Under the pieces are notes generated by a model. The model did not search any database and was not told where the DNA came from. It saw nothing but the letters and a program-made list of their open reading frames with translations. The position numbers and the translations under genes were made by a program. A DNA stretch of 64,000 bases from Porphyridium purpureum (lineage: Eukaryota): the NCBI GenBank assembly GCA_008690995.1, contig VRMN01000002.1, positions 930,001 through 994,000 of the forward strand. Direction: 5' to 3'. This document shows, one piece after another, positions 21,375 through 32,171 of this stretch. Position 1 is the stretch's first letter. Every line of letters starts with the position of its first letter.

Positions 21375-22571
21375 TCAGATGACTGAGCGAGTCACCTTGC
21401 GCAGATCTTCCAGGACGCCGCAGAAGTACAGACCTATGGTGCCCAAGTATAGCTTGTCGTCCACCTCAATGGCAGAGGTTATCGACGAAATGTACCCGTG
21501 CGGGTCCTGCAAGGAGTACCGCGGCTCGCCCGACCGGGCGTCCAGGTTCACAACAAGGCCGTGTCGGCTCGGACCCGGGCTCCACCGTTGAGGCAGCTTG
21601 CTTAAATGCTTTCGAAGCTTGGTCTGCTCACGCAGTATTGGCCACAGTGCTGGGTCTGGCGCCGTCACCGCGACCCAGAAGCTGAGGCCGTCCGGGCTAC
21701 GGTTCAGATTGTCGGTGAAGCCGGGCAAACGCGCGAAAATGTCAACTTGACCTGCTTTCGGTCCCGTCAGCCAGAGTCGATGGATGCGAGATGCAAAGCA
21801 TTCCGCCACAAGCACAAAGTCCTCGTCTTTCGACAGGGCTACACCGTTCGCAAAGTAGAGCCCAGACATCAACTCGGATGTTGTGTTGGACTCGAAATCG
21901 TACATGAGCAGGCGACCGCGCGGCACACCTTCAAACGCGTTCATTTTGGATACGTGGAATGGGTTGACCCGACCCTGCAACGTATAATTGACAGAGTCGC
22001 TGAAGAAAACGCGCTGATCGTCTGCCGAAACCGCCAAGTCATTCGCGTGAAAGATGCGTGATGGTGGCTTGCCTTCCTCAACAGTGACCGTGTCCGTGAG
22101 CAGCGTCATCTTCTTCGTGGTCAGATTAAACAGGAACAAGCCGCGCGGCACGTTGCAGAGCACTAGGCTCCCGTCTGAACGAAACTCACCCCCCAAATTC
22201 CGACCATTTGCTTGTCCAAACGCATGCACCTGCTCCACGGCATACTCCGAGCTACCGCGAAGGCTCTTGATCTGATACAGGATCGCACGATCGTCGATCG
22301 TGTAAACCTTCCCGTCCGGTGAGGCAAACATTGCCTCAGGCGACCGGAGCACGTCTTGACCCACTGCAATGACTGCCTGCAGAGCCAAGTTGGGCGCAAA
22401 CACGCCTTCCAAGGGCTCATACCGCGTGATGTCGAGCGGCACGACCTGAGGTTCGATCATGAACGGCGCCGGAGCATTTATGAACATGATGAGCATCGAC
22501 AGTACTGCCGGGCTGACAAACATCAGCAGGCGGTACTTCCATTCCTGTGTGACTGTGTCCCAGAACCCCAT
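21375..22571 (-). CDS. Strictosidine synthase-like / APMAP beta-propeller protein
   Basis: N-terminal TM; GRNLG, ANDLAV, FFSDS, GRLL.YD, GLYFANGVALS, LPGFTDNL motifs; ATG at 22571. Confidence 0.88.
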   Translation of the reverse strand: MGFWDTVTQEWKYRLLMFVSPAVLSMLIMFINAPAPFMIEPQVVPLDITRYEPLEGVFAPNLALQAVIAVGQDVLRSPEAMFASPDGKVYTIDDRAILYQIKSLRGSSEYAVEQVHAFGQANGRNLGGEFRSDGSLVLCNVPRGLFLFNLTTKKMTLLTDTVTVEEGKPPSRIFHANDLAVSADDQRVFFSDSVNYTLQGRVNPFHVSKMNAFEGVPRGRLLMYDFESNTTSELMSGLYFANGVALSKDEDFVLVAECFASRIHRLWLTGPKAGQVDIFARLPGFTDNLNRSPDGLSFWVAVTAPDPALWPILREQTKLRKHLSKLPQRWSPGPSRHGLVVNLDARSGEPRYSLQDPHGYISSITSAIEVDDKLYLGTIGLYFCGVLEDLRKVTRSVI

Positions 22572-22756
22572 GGCGAAACAAAGAGCCCAAACGCACACAT
22601 GGACGTGCCTTCTCTCTTTCTATCTTCTCGGCGCCAACCAAGTAGGCTGCGTCGCACGCGGCCATGAACCGTTTCACGCATCCGGTTCAAGCCAGATTCG
22701 ATGCCGCTTGCGCCGTTAAACCGTTTTACTACTTTTCTTTTGTCTGTTGGAAGGGA

Positions 22757-23398
22757 TCAGAGCAGACCTGTCAAAGAATGAAGCAGGCCAATAAATACGC
22801 CGCCCATCGCGGCCTGGCGCGTGGCAGTCTGGAAGAATATCTGGCGAGCAAACGGATCGCCTGTCCGCAGAAGACTGAACATCTGACGGTTGGCTAGCGT
22901 GGCGCAAAAGCCGCCCACAGCGCCGCCGGCCACGGAATTGAGCAAGTCGTTCCAGCCGCGCATCTTCGTAAGCGCGCAGCGTGTCAGAGCAGCGGGGAAG
23001 ATGAACGATCCCCACTCATACGCGCCTTCCGCACCGGCTAGTAACATTGTTCCAGGCTGCAATCCCACTGCGAATCCTGTCTGCACCGCCGAAATCACAA
23101 ACCCAATTGTGCAGCCCTGCACCGAACTCTGGACCGCGTACGCCAGACATGACCGTCCCGACGATCGACTGCTGAATGCCGAGCAGGGCACAAGCTCTAC
23201 ATCCCCACGATCCACACAAGCTAGCAAGCCTGAACCCACGCGCCACTGGCGGAAATTGGCCAACCCGCTCGCTGGCATGTCGTTCTGACTCATCGTCACA
23301 CCACTCGCCAGCAGCGCGAGAGAGTGTACATGAACATGCCTGCCCGACTCGCCGTGGCCAGGCGCTGATGAAGAGCCAGCGCCACCCAGCTCTGCCAT
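22757..23398 (-). CDS. Tim17/Tim22/Tim23 family membrane protein
   Basis: C.L.KMRGWNDLLNSVAGGAVGG signature and GxxxG helices; 5' structure uncertain (possible intron). Confidence 0.7.
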   Translation of the reverse strand: MAELGGAGSSSAPGHGESGRHVHVHSLALLASGVTMSQNDMPASGLANFRQWRVGSGLLACVDRGDVELVPCSAFSSRSSGRSCLAYAVQSSVQGCTIGFVISAVQTGFAVGLQPGTMLLAGAEGAYEWGSFIFPAALTRCALTKMRGWNDLLNSVAGGAVGGFCATLANRQMFSLLRTGDPFARQIFFQTATRQAAMGGVFIGLLHSLTGLL

Positions 23399-24061
23399 GC
23401 CAGTCATCAGTCGCACACACACACACACACCCTCTCACACTCCAGACCCACTCGATCGGCGCACACGGCCAACAGCACCTCGTTCATTTTTTAACAACAT
23501 TGTTACAAAACTGCAGGGCGCAGCGTGTTTCATATGAAAACAAGGGTGCTTTACTAGGAAAGCGGGCATTTAGGCGGCGGGAAGGAGAAGACGTGGCGAG
23601 TGGTTGGTTGCTCCGACGTGCCGGGAGGCGGAGAGAGTCAGGGGAGAGAAGGGACGTTGCGAAAGAGCAGAGGTGGTAGAGGACGGCACCGTCCCGGCGT
23701 CTTCGTAGAGCTGCACTGATTCTCGTGTCAAGCAGAACGAGCCCTGCGGCTGCTTTTCCCTCCCCCTTGGTGCCTGTACCTGTCTCCGTCCGGCCTTCGC
23801 CGTCGCGTAGGATTCTTTGGCTGGGTCCAGGCTTTGCTCTCGTTTTGGCTTTCCACCGGCAGCTTTTCAAGCTTAGAACGACATTCACACGGCCCGCACT
23901 CGCCCTTTCTTCTTGTCCGCGCTGCGTTCCTTCTTGATGTCATTAAGAATCCTGCCACAGGATTCAGACGGCATCACTGACGAGCGGTCTGGCCGAGCGC
24001 CAACGACACGGGTGTTGAGGGACAGGAATTTTGTGGAAGTTCGTGGATAACTGACACTTGG

Positions 24062-27000
24062 ATGCACCCAATGCGAGGGGGAGGACCGCCCTCCCAAAAT
24101 ACATTTCCTCCATGGATGCAGGCGGCGCCGTCGCAGCCATTCCCGCAGCATTTGCAACAACAACAACAACAACAGCAGCAGCAGCCGATGCCGTGGCAAA
24201 ATCTTGAAAACATGCAAAGGATACAGCAGGTGCAGTTCCATCAACCTGACCAAGCACGTAGACAGTTGAATGGAAACTTCAATCCCAACGCTTTACCGCC
24301 GGGGTTCGGTCCAGGCGGAATGCAAAATCCGAACCAAAATCCGTACCAGTCGGCGGCGATGCCGGTGAGCTTTGCAGGCTCACATCTTTTGTATTCGAAT
24401 CCTCCTCCGCCTGGTGCACAGCATTTTCACGGGATGAATTTTCACGCGGCGCCTGCTATGCCGAATGGCATGAGCACACCGAATCCAAGCTTCCGGCAGA
24501 CGCACACTCAAGCATCTGGACCTGCTCCTCAGATTTTTGGAACTGGTATGGCGGCCAGCGGGTACATGGCTTCGAACGTGCCAGAAGCAGGCAGGGGTGG
24601 CGCGCCGCGGCCAGCAGAATCAGACCCAGCAAGGTCGGGAGGCAACAACTACCTGCAGACCTTACTGAATCAGTCTTTACGCGGCCAACACCACCATCAT
24701 CAACAACAGCAGCAACATCATCAGCAGGTATTTCATGGGCACATTGATACTCAGGCACACGGTTCGCATGCCTTACTACCCGCGGGTAATTTGACTCCTG
24801 GTCCAGCTGTCATGCAAGGATTTAGTGGAAGAGTTCCACCGCCGAATGTCATGCCGCCGATGCTCAACGGGCTACCGATGCCAGTACCTGTGGGACCATA
24901 TGGATCTTCTGGGCACCCTGGTATGCAATTTGCTGCCACGCATGGTTCTATGCACAATCCCATATTGCCTCTGCCCCCTGGAATGCCGTCTGCTTCACCG
25001 ATGGAAGCTACGGACGCTCATGCACTTCCGCAGCTCATGAATGTCGCGGGTAGTGTTGAAGACGCCCCAGTGAAAGAAGTGTTGATGTCGTTGAAAGAAT
25101 TTCTCATGGGTGATCCAAAGGCTGATAAGCTTTCCGTTGCAGAGGCGCAGGCCAAGTACGAGGCGTACAAGGTAGACTTTGAGCGCCGAAATCCTGACAG
25201 TTTCTTCGCTGCCCATTGCAACGAGGATTGGTTTCATGAAAAGTATGATCCCGTGCGAATCCGGGCTTTAGTTGATGACGCACGCGATAGAATACAGAAG
25301 AGAGCTGAACTGTTCAAGTGTGAATTTGAGCTTGCTCGCTGTGCTGGCCGCCCAGAAGTAGTGGTTCCGACGTTACAGGAGCCAAATTTTCCAGTGATCT
25401 TGCCCGAGGAGAGTGAAGGATCGGTACTCGGGAATTCGCTTTATATTCGATACGACTCGCGCAAGCTCTCGCGCGCGCTACTGTGGAAAATTATGAGCGG
25501 AGAATTGCTAGAATCGGACGAAGGATCAGGGGATGATCAGAAGCAAGAAGCCGATGCTGACCCGGTCGCCTCGCAACGGGACGCGGCGAGTGTCAAGCTG
25601 GATATTGACGAAAATGAAAGAAAGAAAGGGAGTGAGGAGGTCTCTGCCGTAGAATTGGTAGGCGCTTCTCACTTGGAAGGATCAAAGTTGAGCCATGACA
25701 AGAGTAACATGGAAAGTGTAAGAGAATTCATTGATCTGCGGCGATCCAACCATGTAGGCAAGGTTTCTGGAAGCAGAAAGAATCTACCATCGAAGCTTCT
25801 GCTTGTCGACCTTACTCTGCTACCATCGTACTTTGCATGTGCTAAATACGTCTCCGAAGAAGAAGCTCTTCGCGCCATGAAGTACTTGCAGGGATTTGAA
25901 GTCTTCGAGAGTGATGTGCAAGCTGACCGAGAGCAAGCTGAGCGTAAGCGCATGAAGGACGAGCTAGATCGACTGGGTGTTGAGGATGCGGACCCCAATG
26001 CAAAAGAGAATTCTGAAAGTGGCGATGATTCTAGCAGTGACCAGAGTGAGTCAGGAGGCGATCAGCACGCTCGCGGCGTGAGCGAGACTGACAGTGACTC
26101 CTCCTCGGCGTCGTCTTCTCTTGACAGCGGCACTCTTCGGGCGAAAAAGCGCGCTAGAAAAGGAGAGACAGGAAGGGCAAAGGCAGGCGCTGTTGTGTGG
26201 ACCCTGAACGTGCAGCAGAATATTCAGCAACGAGGTCCGCGGCCTTCGAAAAGCTTACTTCCCGAGATATTCTCCTCCCAAGAACGGGTAGCGCACGACG
26301 CTAAGCAGGCCAAGCAGTTGTGCATGCATTTGAATGATCTTCGTGGTGTGAGTTTCTCATTGCGGCATTCACTGAAAGAGTGGCTTGACGCCTTGGCCAC
26401 CGATTCGGAGCGATTAGACTTCTGCATCGCGTATTTGAGACGCGTTCATCGCTTCTGCTACTATTCCGGCGACGAGATTCTGAACGAGAATCGAAAATTA
26501 ATGCTCACATTCGTGCGCTCTGGTGTGCTGCGACTTGCAGTCTCTGAATGCGAGGCTCCCACCCAAGACGAAGAGGCGAACAAGGATGCTCTGTACGAGA
26601 ATGTCGTTCCGGCCGGGTCAGAAGTGAGTGGTATCGAAGTACAGACCGTCGTCACGGATGCTGCAGTGACAAAGGCGCTGGCGCGCTCTCTCGATGAAGA
26701 TGCAAAGGTTTTTAAAATGGCGTATCGAATTGGGAGCGGCTGTGACGAGTCAGATCTCAAAAAACCTGCGGAGCGCTCTGCTGTGGAATCGGAGGTCAAG
26801 ATTGGACTGAAGTCGAATCGACCAAAAGACGCTGACGTGAAAAAGGAGGATGAGGGCGGTGCTGGAAACTCTACGCGTATGGCTCCGTGCATGGTGGACG
26901 CAGTGTTGTGGGAAAAGGGTCTTCTGTCAGATGGCGTTCGTGCGCGGGAGCGCGCCGAATGGTACTGGAGATACGACCATATGGTGTCTGAAAAAACTCA

Positions 27001-27406
27001 CCAGCACAAGCGCTGCGCGTATTGCGACAAACTTTTCAAGTCGGCAGATTTTCTGAACTTGCACTTGACGAAGAATCATTGGGAGCAGTTGCTCGAGGTA
27101 TTGAAAGAGGTTGATGCAGACGTGTACCTACGAAATTTTCTCGCGGACCCGAGAAAGCCAACACTGGAACATGGTTCATCTGCGTCGAAGCGGCAGCAGG
27201 CTCAGCAGAAGAAGGAGCGCGCTCAGGGCAGAAAGGGGCAGGGTCAACCTAACAATAAGCGGGCGAGGCAGCAGTCGCAGCCATCCGCGCGCGATTATGA
27301 TCGCCCAGCCAAAATATTTGGAGGCGGAGGACGGTATGCGCACCCCGATGATGTATATCATACGGACAAGGAGGGCCCAAGTCTTGTCGAGTATAGCGAT
27401 ATCTAG
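24062..27406 (+). CDS. SE: SERRATE/Ars2 RNA effector
   Basis: LMSLKEFL, KYEAYK, FFAAHCNEDWFHEKYDP, LDFCIAYLRRVHRFCYYSG and C2H2 finger CAYCDKLFKS.DFL..HL..NH; Q/P-rich N-terminus. Confidence 0.88.
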   Translation: MHPMRGGGPPSQNTFPPWMQAAPSQPFPQHLQQQQQQQQQQPMPWQNLENMQRIQQVQFHQPDQARRQLNGNFNPNALPPGFGPGGMQNPNQNPYQSAAMPVSFAGSHLLYSNPPPPGAQHFHGMNFHAAPAMPNGMSTPNPSFRQTHTQASGPAPQIFGTGMAASGYMASNVPEAGRGGAPRPAESDPARSGGNNYLQTLLNQSLRGQHHHHQQQQQHHQQVFHGHIDTQAHGSHALLPAGNLTPGPAVMQGFSGRVPPPNVMPPMLNGLPMPVPVGPYGSSGHPGMQFAATHGSMHNPILPLPPGMPSASPMEATDAHALPQLMNVAGSVEDAPVKEVLMSLKEFLMGDPKADKLSVAEAQAKYEAYKVDFERRNPDSFFAAHCNEDWFHEKYDPVRIRALVDDARDRIQKRAELFKCEFELARCAGRPEVVVPTLQEPNFPVILPEESEGSVLGNSLYIRYDSRKLSRALLWKIMSGELLESDEGSGDDQKQEADADPVASQRDAASVKLDIDENERKKGSEEVSAVELVGASHLEGSKLSHDKSNMESVREFIDLRRSNHVGKVSGSRKNLPSKLLLVDLTLLPSYFACAKYVSEEEALRAMKYLQGFEVFESDVQADREQAERKRMKDELDRLGVEDADPNAKENSESGDDSSSDQSESGGDQHARGVSETDSDSSSASSSLDSGTLRAKKRARKGETGRAKAGAVVWTLNVQQNIQQRGPRPSKSLLPEIFSSQERVAHDAKQAKQLCMHLNDLRGVSFSLRHSLKEWLDALATDSERLDFCIAYLRRVHRFCYYSGDEILNENRKLMLTFVRSGVLRLAVSECEAPTQDEEANKDALYENVVPAGSEVSGIEVQTVVTDAAVTKALARSLDEDAKVFKMAYRIGSGCDESDLKKPAERSAVESEVKIGLKSNRPKDADVKKEDEGGAGNSTRMAPCMVDAVLWEKGLLSDGVRARERAEWYWRYDHMVSEKTHQHKRCAYCDKLFKSADFLNLHLTKNHWEQLLEVLKEVDADVYLRNFLADPRKPTLEHGSSASKRQQAQQKKERAQGRKGQGQPNNKRARQQSQPSARDYDRPAKIFGGGGRYAHPDDVYHTDKEGPSLVEYSDI

Positions 27407-27454
27407 TACTGACACGTCAAAAAAGTTCTCTTTACGTCCCTTCGTCTGTACCAG

Positions 27455-28033
27455 CTAGCTGGCTGATTTAGTTCGAAAGATCCCAACGAATGGCAGATGC
27501 CTGAGCGACTGATTGTAGTCGAGTCCGTACCCAACCACAAACTCATCTGCGATCTCAAAGGCCACGAACTCGACTGGCGGTGTCCCCTCAAGACGACGCG
27601 ATGTGTTCTTATGCAGCAATGTGCACGCCGCGACGCTCTTGCAGTCAAGCTCGCGCACCGCCTGCTTCAGTTTCTGAAGCGTGAGCCCAGTATCCACGAT
27701 ATCCTCGACGATCAACACGTGCCTGCCGGTCAAGTCGACGTGATCGAGCCCTGATAGCTTCACCTGGCCTGAGGACCCGGTGCCCTCATAGCTGGACGCC
27801 TTAATAAAGTAAACTTCCAGCTTGCTCAGTGGGATAGCGCGGGTCAAGTCTGCGACAAACATGTATGAGCCCGTCAGCACACCCAGAATAACCAGCGGTT
27901 GGTCTCGGTACGCCTCGCCGATTTGCGCTCCGAGCTCTTTCACACGCGCGCCAATGCGTTCTTCCGAGAGCAGCACGCGCGCGACTTGGTCTTGAAACTC
28001 GTCCGGCACCGATTCGACGAGGCCGTCCGCCAT
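27455..28033 (-). CDS. HPT: Hypoxanthine phosphoribosyltransferase
   Basis: VLIVEDIVDTGLTL PRPP motif, ASSY, FVVGYGLDY; ATG at 28033 (track extension upstream runs antisense into the Fanzor remnant). Confidence 0.93.
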   Translation of the reverse strand: MADGLVESVPDEFQDQVARVLLSEERIGARVKELGAQIGEAYRDQPLVILGVLTGSYMFVADLTRAIPLSKLEVYFIKASSYEGTGSSGQVKLSGLDHVDLTGRHVLIVEDIVDTGLTLQKLKQAVRELDCKSVAACTLLHKNTSRRLEGTPPVEFVAFEIADEFVVGYGLDYNQSLRHLPFVGIFRTKSAS

Positions 28034-28249
28034 GGTGACTGTGCCGACTGGTTGCCGCTCCGCTGCCGCGTCCACCGCAACATGCAGTGCCCACCGAAAC
28101 TCACGCGCGGCACCCCCCGCGAATCCAGCGCCACCGCCGTCGGCAACAAACGGCCTCCTGCCATTCACGGCCAGCACGAAATCGGTTAAGAATTTAGCCA
28201 CCGGTCTTGAACCGAACCGTTTAGCGAATCTGAATAAACCGAAACACCG

Positions 28250-28950
28250 CGCAAGCCGCTTGAGGCAAATGTGAAGACGGCAAACGCCCGGAAAGCAGAG
28301 CGGCTGCGAGTGAGGCTCGAGCGGCGCGAGGCAATGGGGTACAACGCAGACGAGGAAAAAAAGGCCACGGCGGCACCTGCGGCAAGGATGCGATGACCAG
28401 CGCTGTGCGCTGCGCCGTGACGTAAATTGTTTACCGCAAGCGCATACGGAGCCTGAAGGAGGAGGCGCAAACTGGCACCTCGTCGTGATCCTCACGCAAG
28501 AGTACGGTGGTATCCTGCTGCCCACGCTTGAGATATCCAATGGAAGTCGCTACCATGACTGCAAGCTCCGCTACAAGACCACGCGTCAGATGGACCGCAG
28601 GCGCCACCATTGCTTGTTCGACGATGCTTGCGGTCAATGGCGCCCCGACGCGGGTCGGAGCTGGTAGTGGCTAACGAGGCGTACGCGTCCAAGACCTTCA
28701 GCGCTTGCGGAATGGCCACGACAACTCTGCGCGGCGCCTACCTCTTCGTGTGTAGCTCTACGGGCTGTGGTACAAATATAAACCAGGACGTCCAAAAAGG
28801 CACCAAGAACATTGGACTGCGGAAAAACTTTGGAGCACTGGGCATCTCCGTGCCCTACTTTGGGATCCATCGTCTCTGGCCTGAAGAAGACGGTGAACGA
28901 GACGACACCATATTCGTCGCTGATCTCACCAAGGACGGGGAGGGGCAGAG
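28250..28950 (+). mobile_element. Degenerate TnpB/Fanzor2-type nuclease remnant (copy A)
   Basis: Across two frameshifts: RKRIRSLKEEA / VILTQEYGGILLPTLEIS...KLRYKTTRQM...H / ELVVANEAYASKTFSACG...LRGAYLFVCSSTGCGTNINQDVQKGTKNI; matches IS607-TnpB/Fanzor2 C-terminal pattern; boundaries approximate. Confidence 0.82.
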
Positions 28951-29060
28951 CCTTTGCACGGGAGAGCATCATTCATTTTATCGCACCATCTCTTTCTACT
29001 TGCAGAATGCTTTCAGTTCTTTTAAGGTTATCCAATTCTCAGAAGGAGGGAGCAGGCGTG

Positions 29061-31898
29061 CTACGGAGTTCCAAGAAGTCCGAGGAACGAGGTCTTTCGA
29101 CGAGTACAACTTTCGTCCACCTCAGCCCCGGATCCACTGATGGGCAATCCTCCTGGTTCGCTCGTCCCAAACCCAGCTTCTCGTTCCGTTTGATCTCTTT
29201 GTGAATGCAAGCGATTTGTAACCTGCGAAACTTCTGGCACTGCATCGCTCGTAGCAGAGCTCGCGAGAACGCGACTGCCTGGATCAGTTCTGTGACTTGT
29301 ACTTCTGCCTCGTCGACGCTCACCGCGCCAGCGGTGCCCTTCTCTATCAGTCTGACCGGCGCGACCGGCTTCGCAACTTCGGGCATCTCGCCCAGCTTCC
29401 TCTCCATCTCGCTGACTGACAAGCCCTGAATTCCCTGCATGTGCATCCTCTGCTCGTGCGGATTGCTGCGATCGTGCGCCTTTGGGCTTCCCCACAGCAG
29501 CTCGAGGTGCAGCACCAGAGCCCTCCTTTTGCTTCGCTTGATCTGCCAACGAATCTAAGAATTTGGAGGCAACAAACATGTTTGGTTTTGATTCACTTGC
29601 ATCAGAGCCCGCCAAGCGCATGCTGTCTCGGTCATTGCTTTGACGCACATGACCGCCTTCTCCATGCCCACTCCGTCCGCCTCGCCGACCTTGCCCACCT
29701 CGACTGGCCTGATCGCTGTGACCAACCTTCGACCCTTGAGCACCCAAGCTACCACGGCTTCGGTCTTGCTGACTGAACCGCTGCGGGTTGCGCGCCTGTG
29801 CAACGTCTGCTCGCGCCAATCGAGGCAATTGTGAGCCTTCACGCTTCTGCGCTGTAGCTTGCTGTACATGGCCAATCATGCGACGCATACATTTAAAGCT
29901 GTCCATTCGTACATTAGCGGTCACGTCTCGAACAGACATGCCGATGGTGCCGGAGTTTACGGTGAACAACCGGGGATCTCGCGGAAACAGGAAGTCGTAA
30001 ACGACATCTTCCGTACTTCTGTTCAGCTGAGCAAACGCATCAAGCATTGGGACCAACGAAACCGTACCACTTCTGTAAATCTGCTCTTTTGAAGTGAAAG
30101 TGTCCAAGTCGATGCGGTCGGCAATGGAAGCGACAACGTCTGGCAGCGCATTCTTTCTCATGGGCGCCGGCACGCATAGCAGCCCTGCTGCGTAAGCGCA
30201 CAGTCCGCGCTTGTAAGATATTGCGGGGTCTGGTGAATAGATTTCAAGAAATGCGTCCTGCTGTGAGTTTGAAATCCACTCCAACACCATCGCAACCGGC
30301 GGAGAAAATGGAGCGCAATACATGAAGTAAGGGTCCACACAGCAACCATCCACATACATGAATGTGCACCAAAGAACACCGTTCAAATACTGCACAACAT
30401 TGCACATCTTACTCGGGTCGTCAGGGTATACGCTAGCAAAAAGTTCGGCTTCCTTTCGGAACATCTCAAGTAAAGCTGGCTCAACTTCCACTGTCTCTGC
30501 CATTTCTTTCACACTTCTGATTCTCCCGCTAATAATGCTTGCATCATCATCTTCTTCGTCTTCGGTGCTTAGGACATCCTCCAAAATTTCACTTTCCTCA
30601 GACTCAGTATCAGATTTGTTTGTCTGCACCTCAAATTCACTTCCCTCGCCATCATTTTCCACGTGAATCTGTGTCATTTGGGCCAGTTTGGCTTGCTTGG
30701 CTTGTCCTTCACGTACCTTCATGGCCTTGTAGGTGCTCACCCGAGATCTGAAGTTATCCAGTTGTAGCCTTTCGCGCGTAGGTAGTTCACGGCGCGAGGA
30801 CCCCTTGAAATTCTGCAAAAAGGAGAAGAAAAACTTCCAGTTGAATGTCCGCTTTGACACGTTCAAAAGCGCACTGGCACCAGACGGAAGCTTGGACCCT
30901 GCTGGTGTCGCTTCGGCCCACGAAAAGGACTCCTTCCGCACCTTAGCATAAGCTTCCAGGGCGGAGGCGGGAGACAGGTGCCCAAGCTTCCTGAGGTAAT
31001 CGTTCCCGACCATGGTACACATACATATAAAGTCAGCGACAAGCCGGGCTTCATCCAGTTGGATACTACTCTTCTTGACGTGCCGAGAGGGATCCCGAGC
31101 GGCCATGCTCTTACTCAGAAGTACTCGCGCCTCATCAATACGCAAAATTTCGTCGCCCACCACGTATAGGGACGAGTATTCAGTCAGTCCCAACATTTGC
31201 ACGAATAGGTCGCTATCCGCACCCACGACTACGGTCACGTCGTCCACAGTAGGAAGTGTTTTCCACCGAAAGCCGCTGACTGTCTGCATGCTCGATGGTT
31301 CACGGATAGCACTTGCCAGATACTCAAGAATTTTGAGCTCGCCTTCGCCAGGCACGTCGCAACTCGAAACAATCACATCAAGGTGTGGCGTCCCGTTCGA
31401 CTTTTCTTTCGCGCCCGCGACTGTTCGTGCAGCATATTTCTTGAGCGCAATGTGCAAGTGCCTCATCAATGCAGTACCTGGAGTCAAAGCAGAGCGCTCC
31501 AAGGGAGAATCGCTCCGTATGCCCGCATCCTCGACAACTTCTTCCGTAAGCTTCCGCCGATCTCTCTGCTCAAACAGCTTGCCAAGAGGAGCGGCGCCAT
31601 CCACGGCAATGAAAAGGGACTTGCGTGGCCGGAGCTGCTTGATGATTTCGTCAAGCTTCTATTGTATCGAGCCAACCATTTGGCGATAAAAAAACGACTC
31701 TTGTTGTGTCAGCGGCTTTTTCTGCGTCCGTTTCTTGACGGCATGATGGGTCTCATGCAGCAAGCAGTTCATGTCCACCAGCACATGGTCGACACCCGCG
31801 GCAAACACCCGCGCCATGTCCTTCTTATTTTTGCTGCGGCCCTTGTGAGCCGACTTGACCGAGCTCTTCAGCCATTTGTGCAGGTCCTTCACGCCCAT
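29061..31898 (-). CDS. XRN-family 5'-3' exoribonuclease-like protein with one in-frame TAG at 31659-31661
   Basis: MGV..L.KWL, VLVDMNCLLH, RPRKSLFIAVDGAAP.GKLFEQR.RR, VPGEGELKI, GADSDL, MVGNDYL, QYLNGVLW...Y; the two track ORFs are in the same frame. Confidence 0.85.
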
Positions 31899-32171
31899 CA
31901 ATGCCACCCCGCCCACTCGACGACACAATCCCGCCACTCGTCAGCCTTCTGTCTTCGCGCCACGACTGGCACCGGAAAGCGGCGATTTGGCCAGGACTTT
32001 CCTGCACAGGGTTCCAAGTTGAAATCTTGACGGCGTACAGGCGATGGACGCAGTCTTGGAAAGTCTTTTGGTGGTACTTGAGAAGGACAGAAGGATAGCA
32101 GTTAATGAATCGGCCCGTCGCTCTAGAGCTCCTCACCAGACTGCTGAAAGGATACAGAAAATTCTAAATCT

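Noticed and set aside
24154..24186. CAA/CAG run
   Set aside because: Ordinary polyglutamine tract in the SERRATE N-terminus.
28195..28250. ATGLEPN as a possible RuvC-I (GLDPG-like) motif
   Set aside because: Weak match, not conserved in copy B, and region looks promoter-like (AACCG-rich).
28034..28540. N-terminal extension of the HPRT ORF (and of NOL9, 41041-41319)
   Set aside because: Non-ATG starts; antisense reading of the Fanzor remnants, which explains their shared HCL.P.LE.HSQ peptide. No evidence of exonisation.
28610..29140. 176-aa ORF as an intact gene
   Set aside because: Non-ATG start; only the C-terminal frame of the broken Fanzor, running on into the XRN 3' end.
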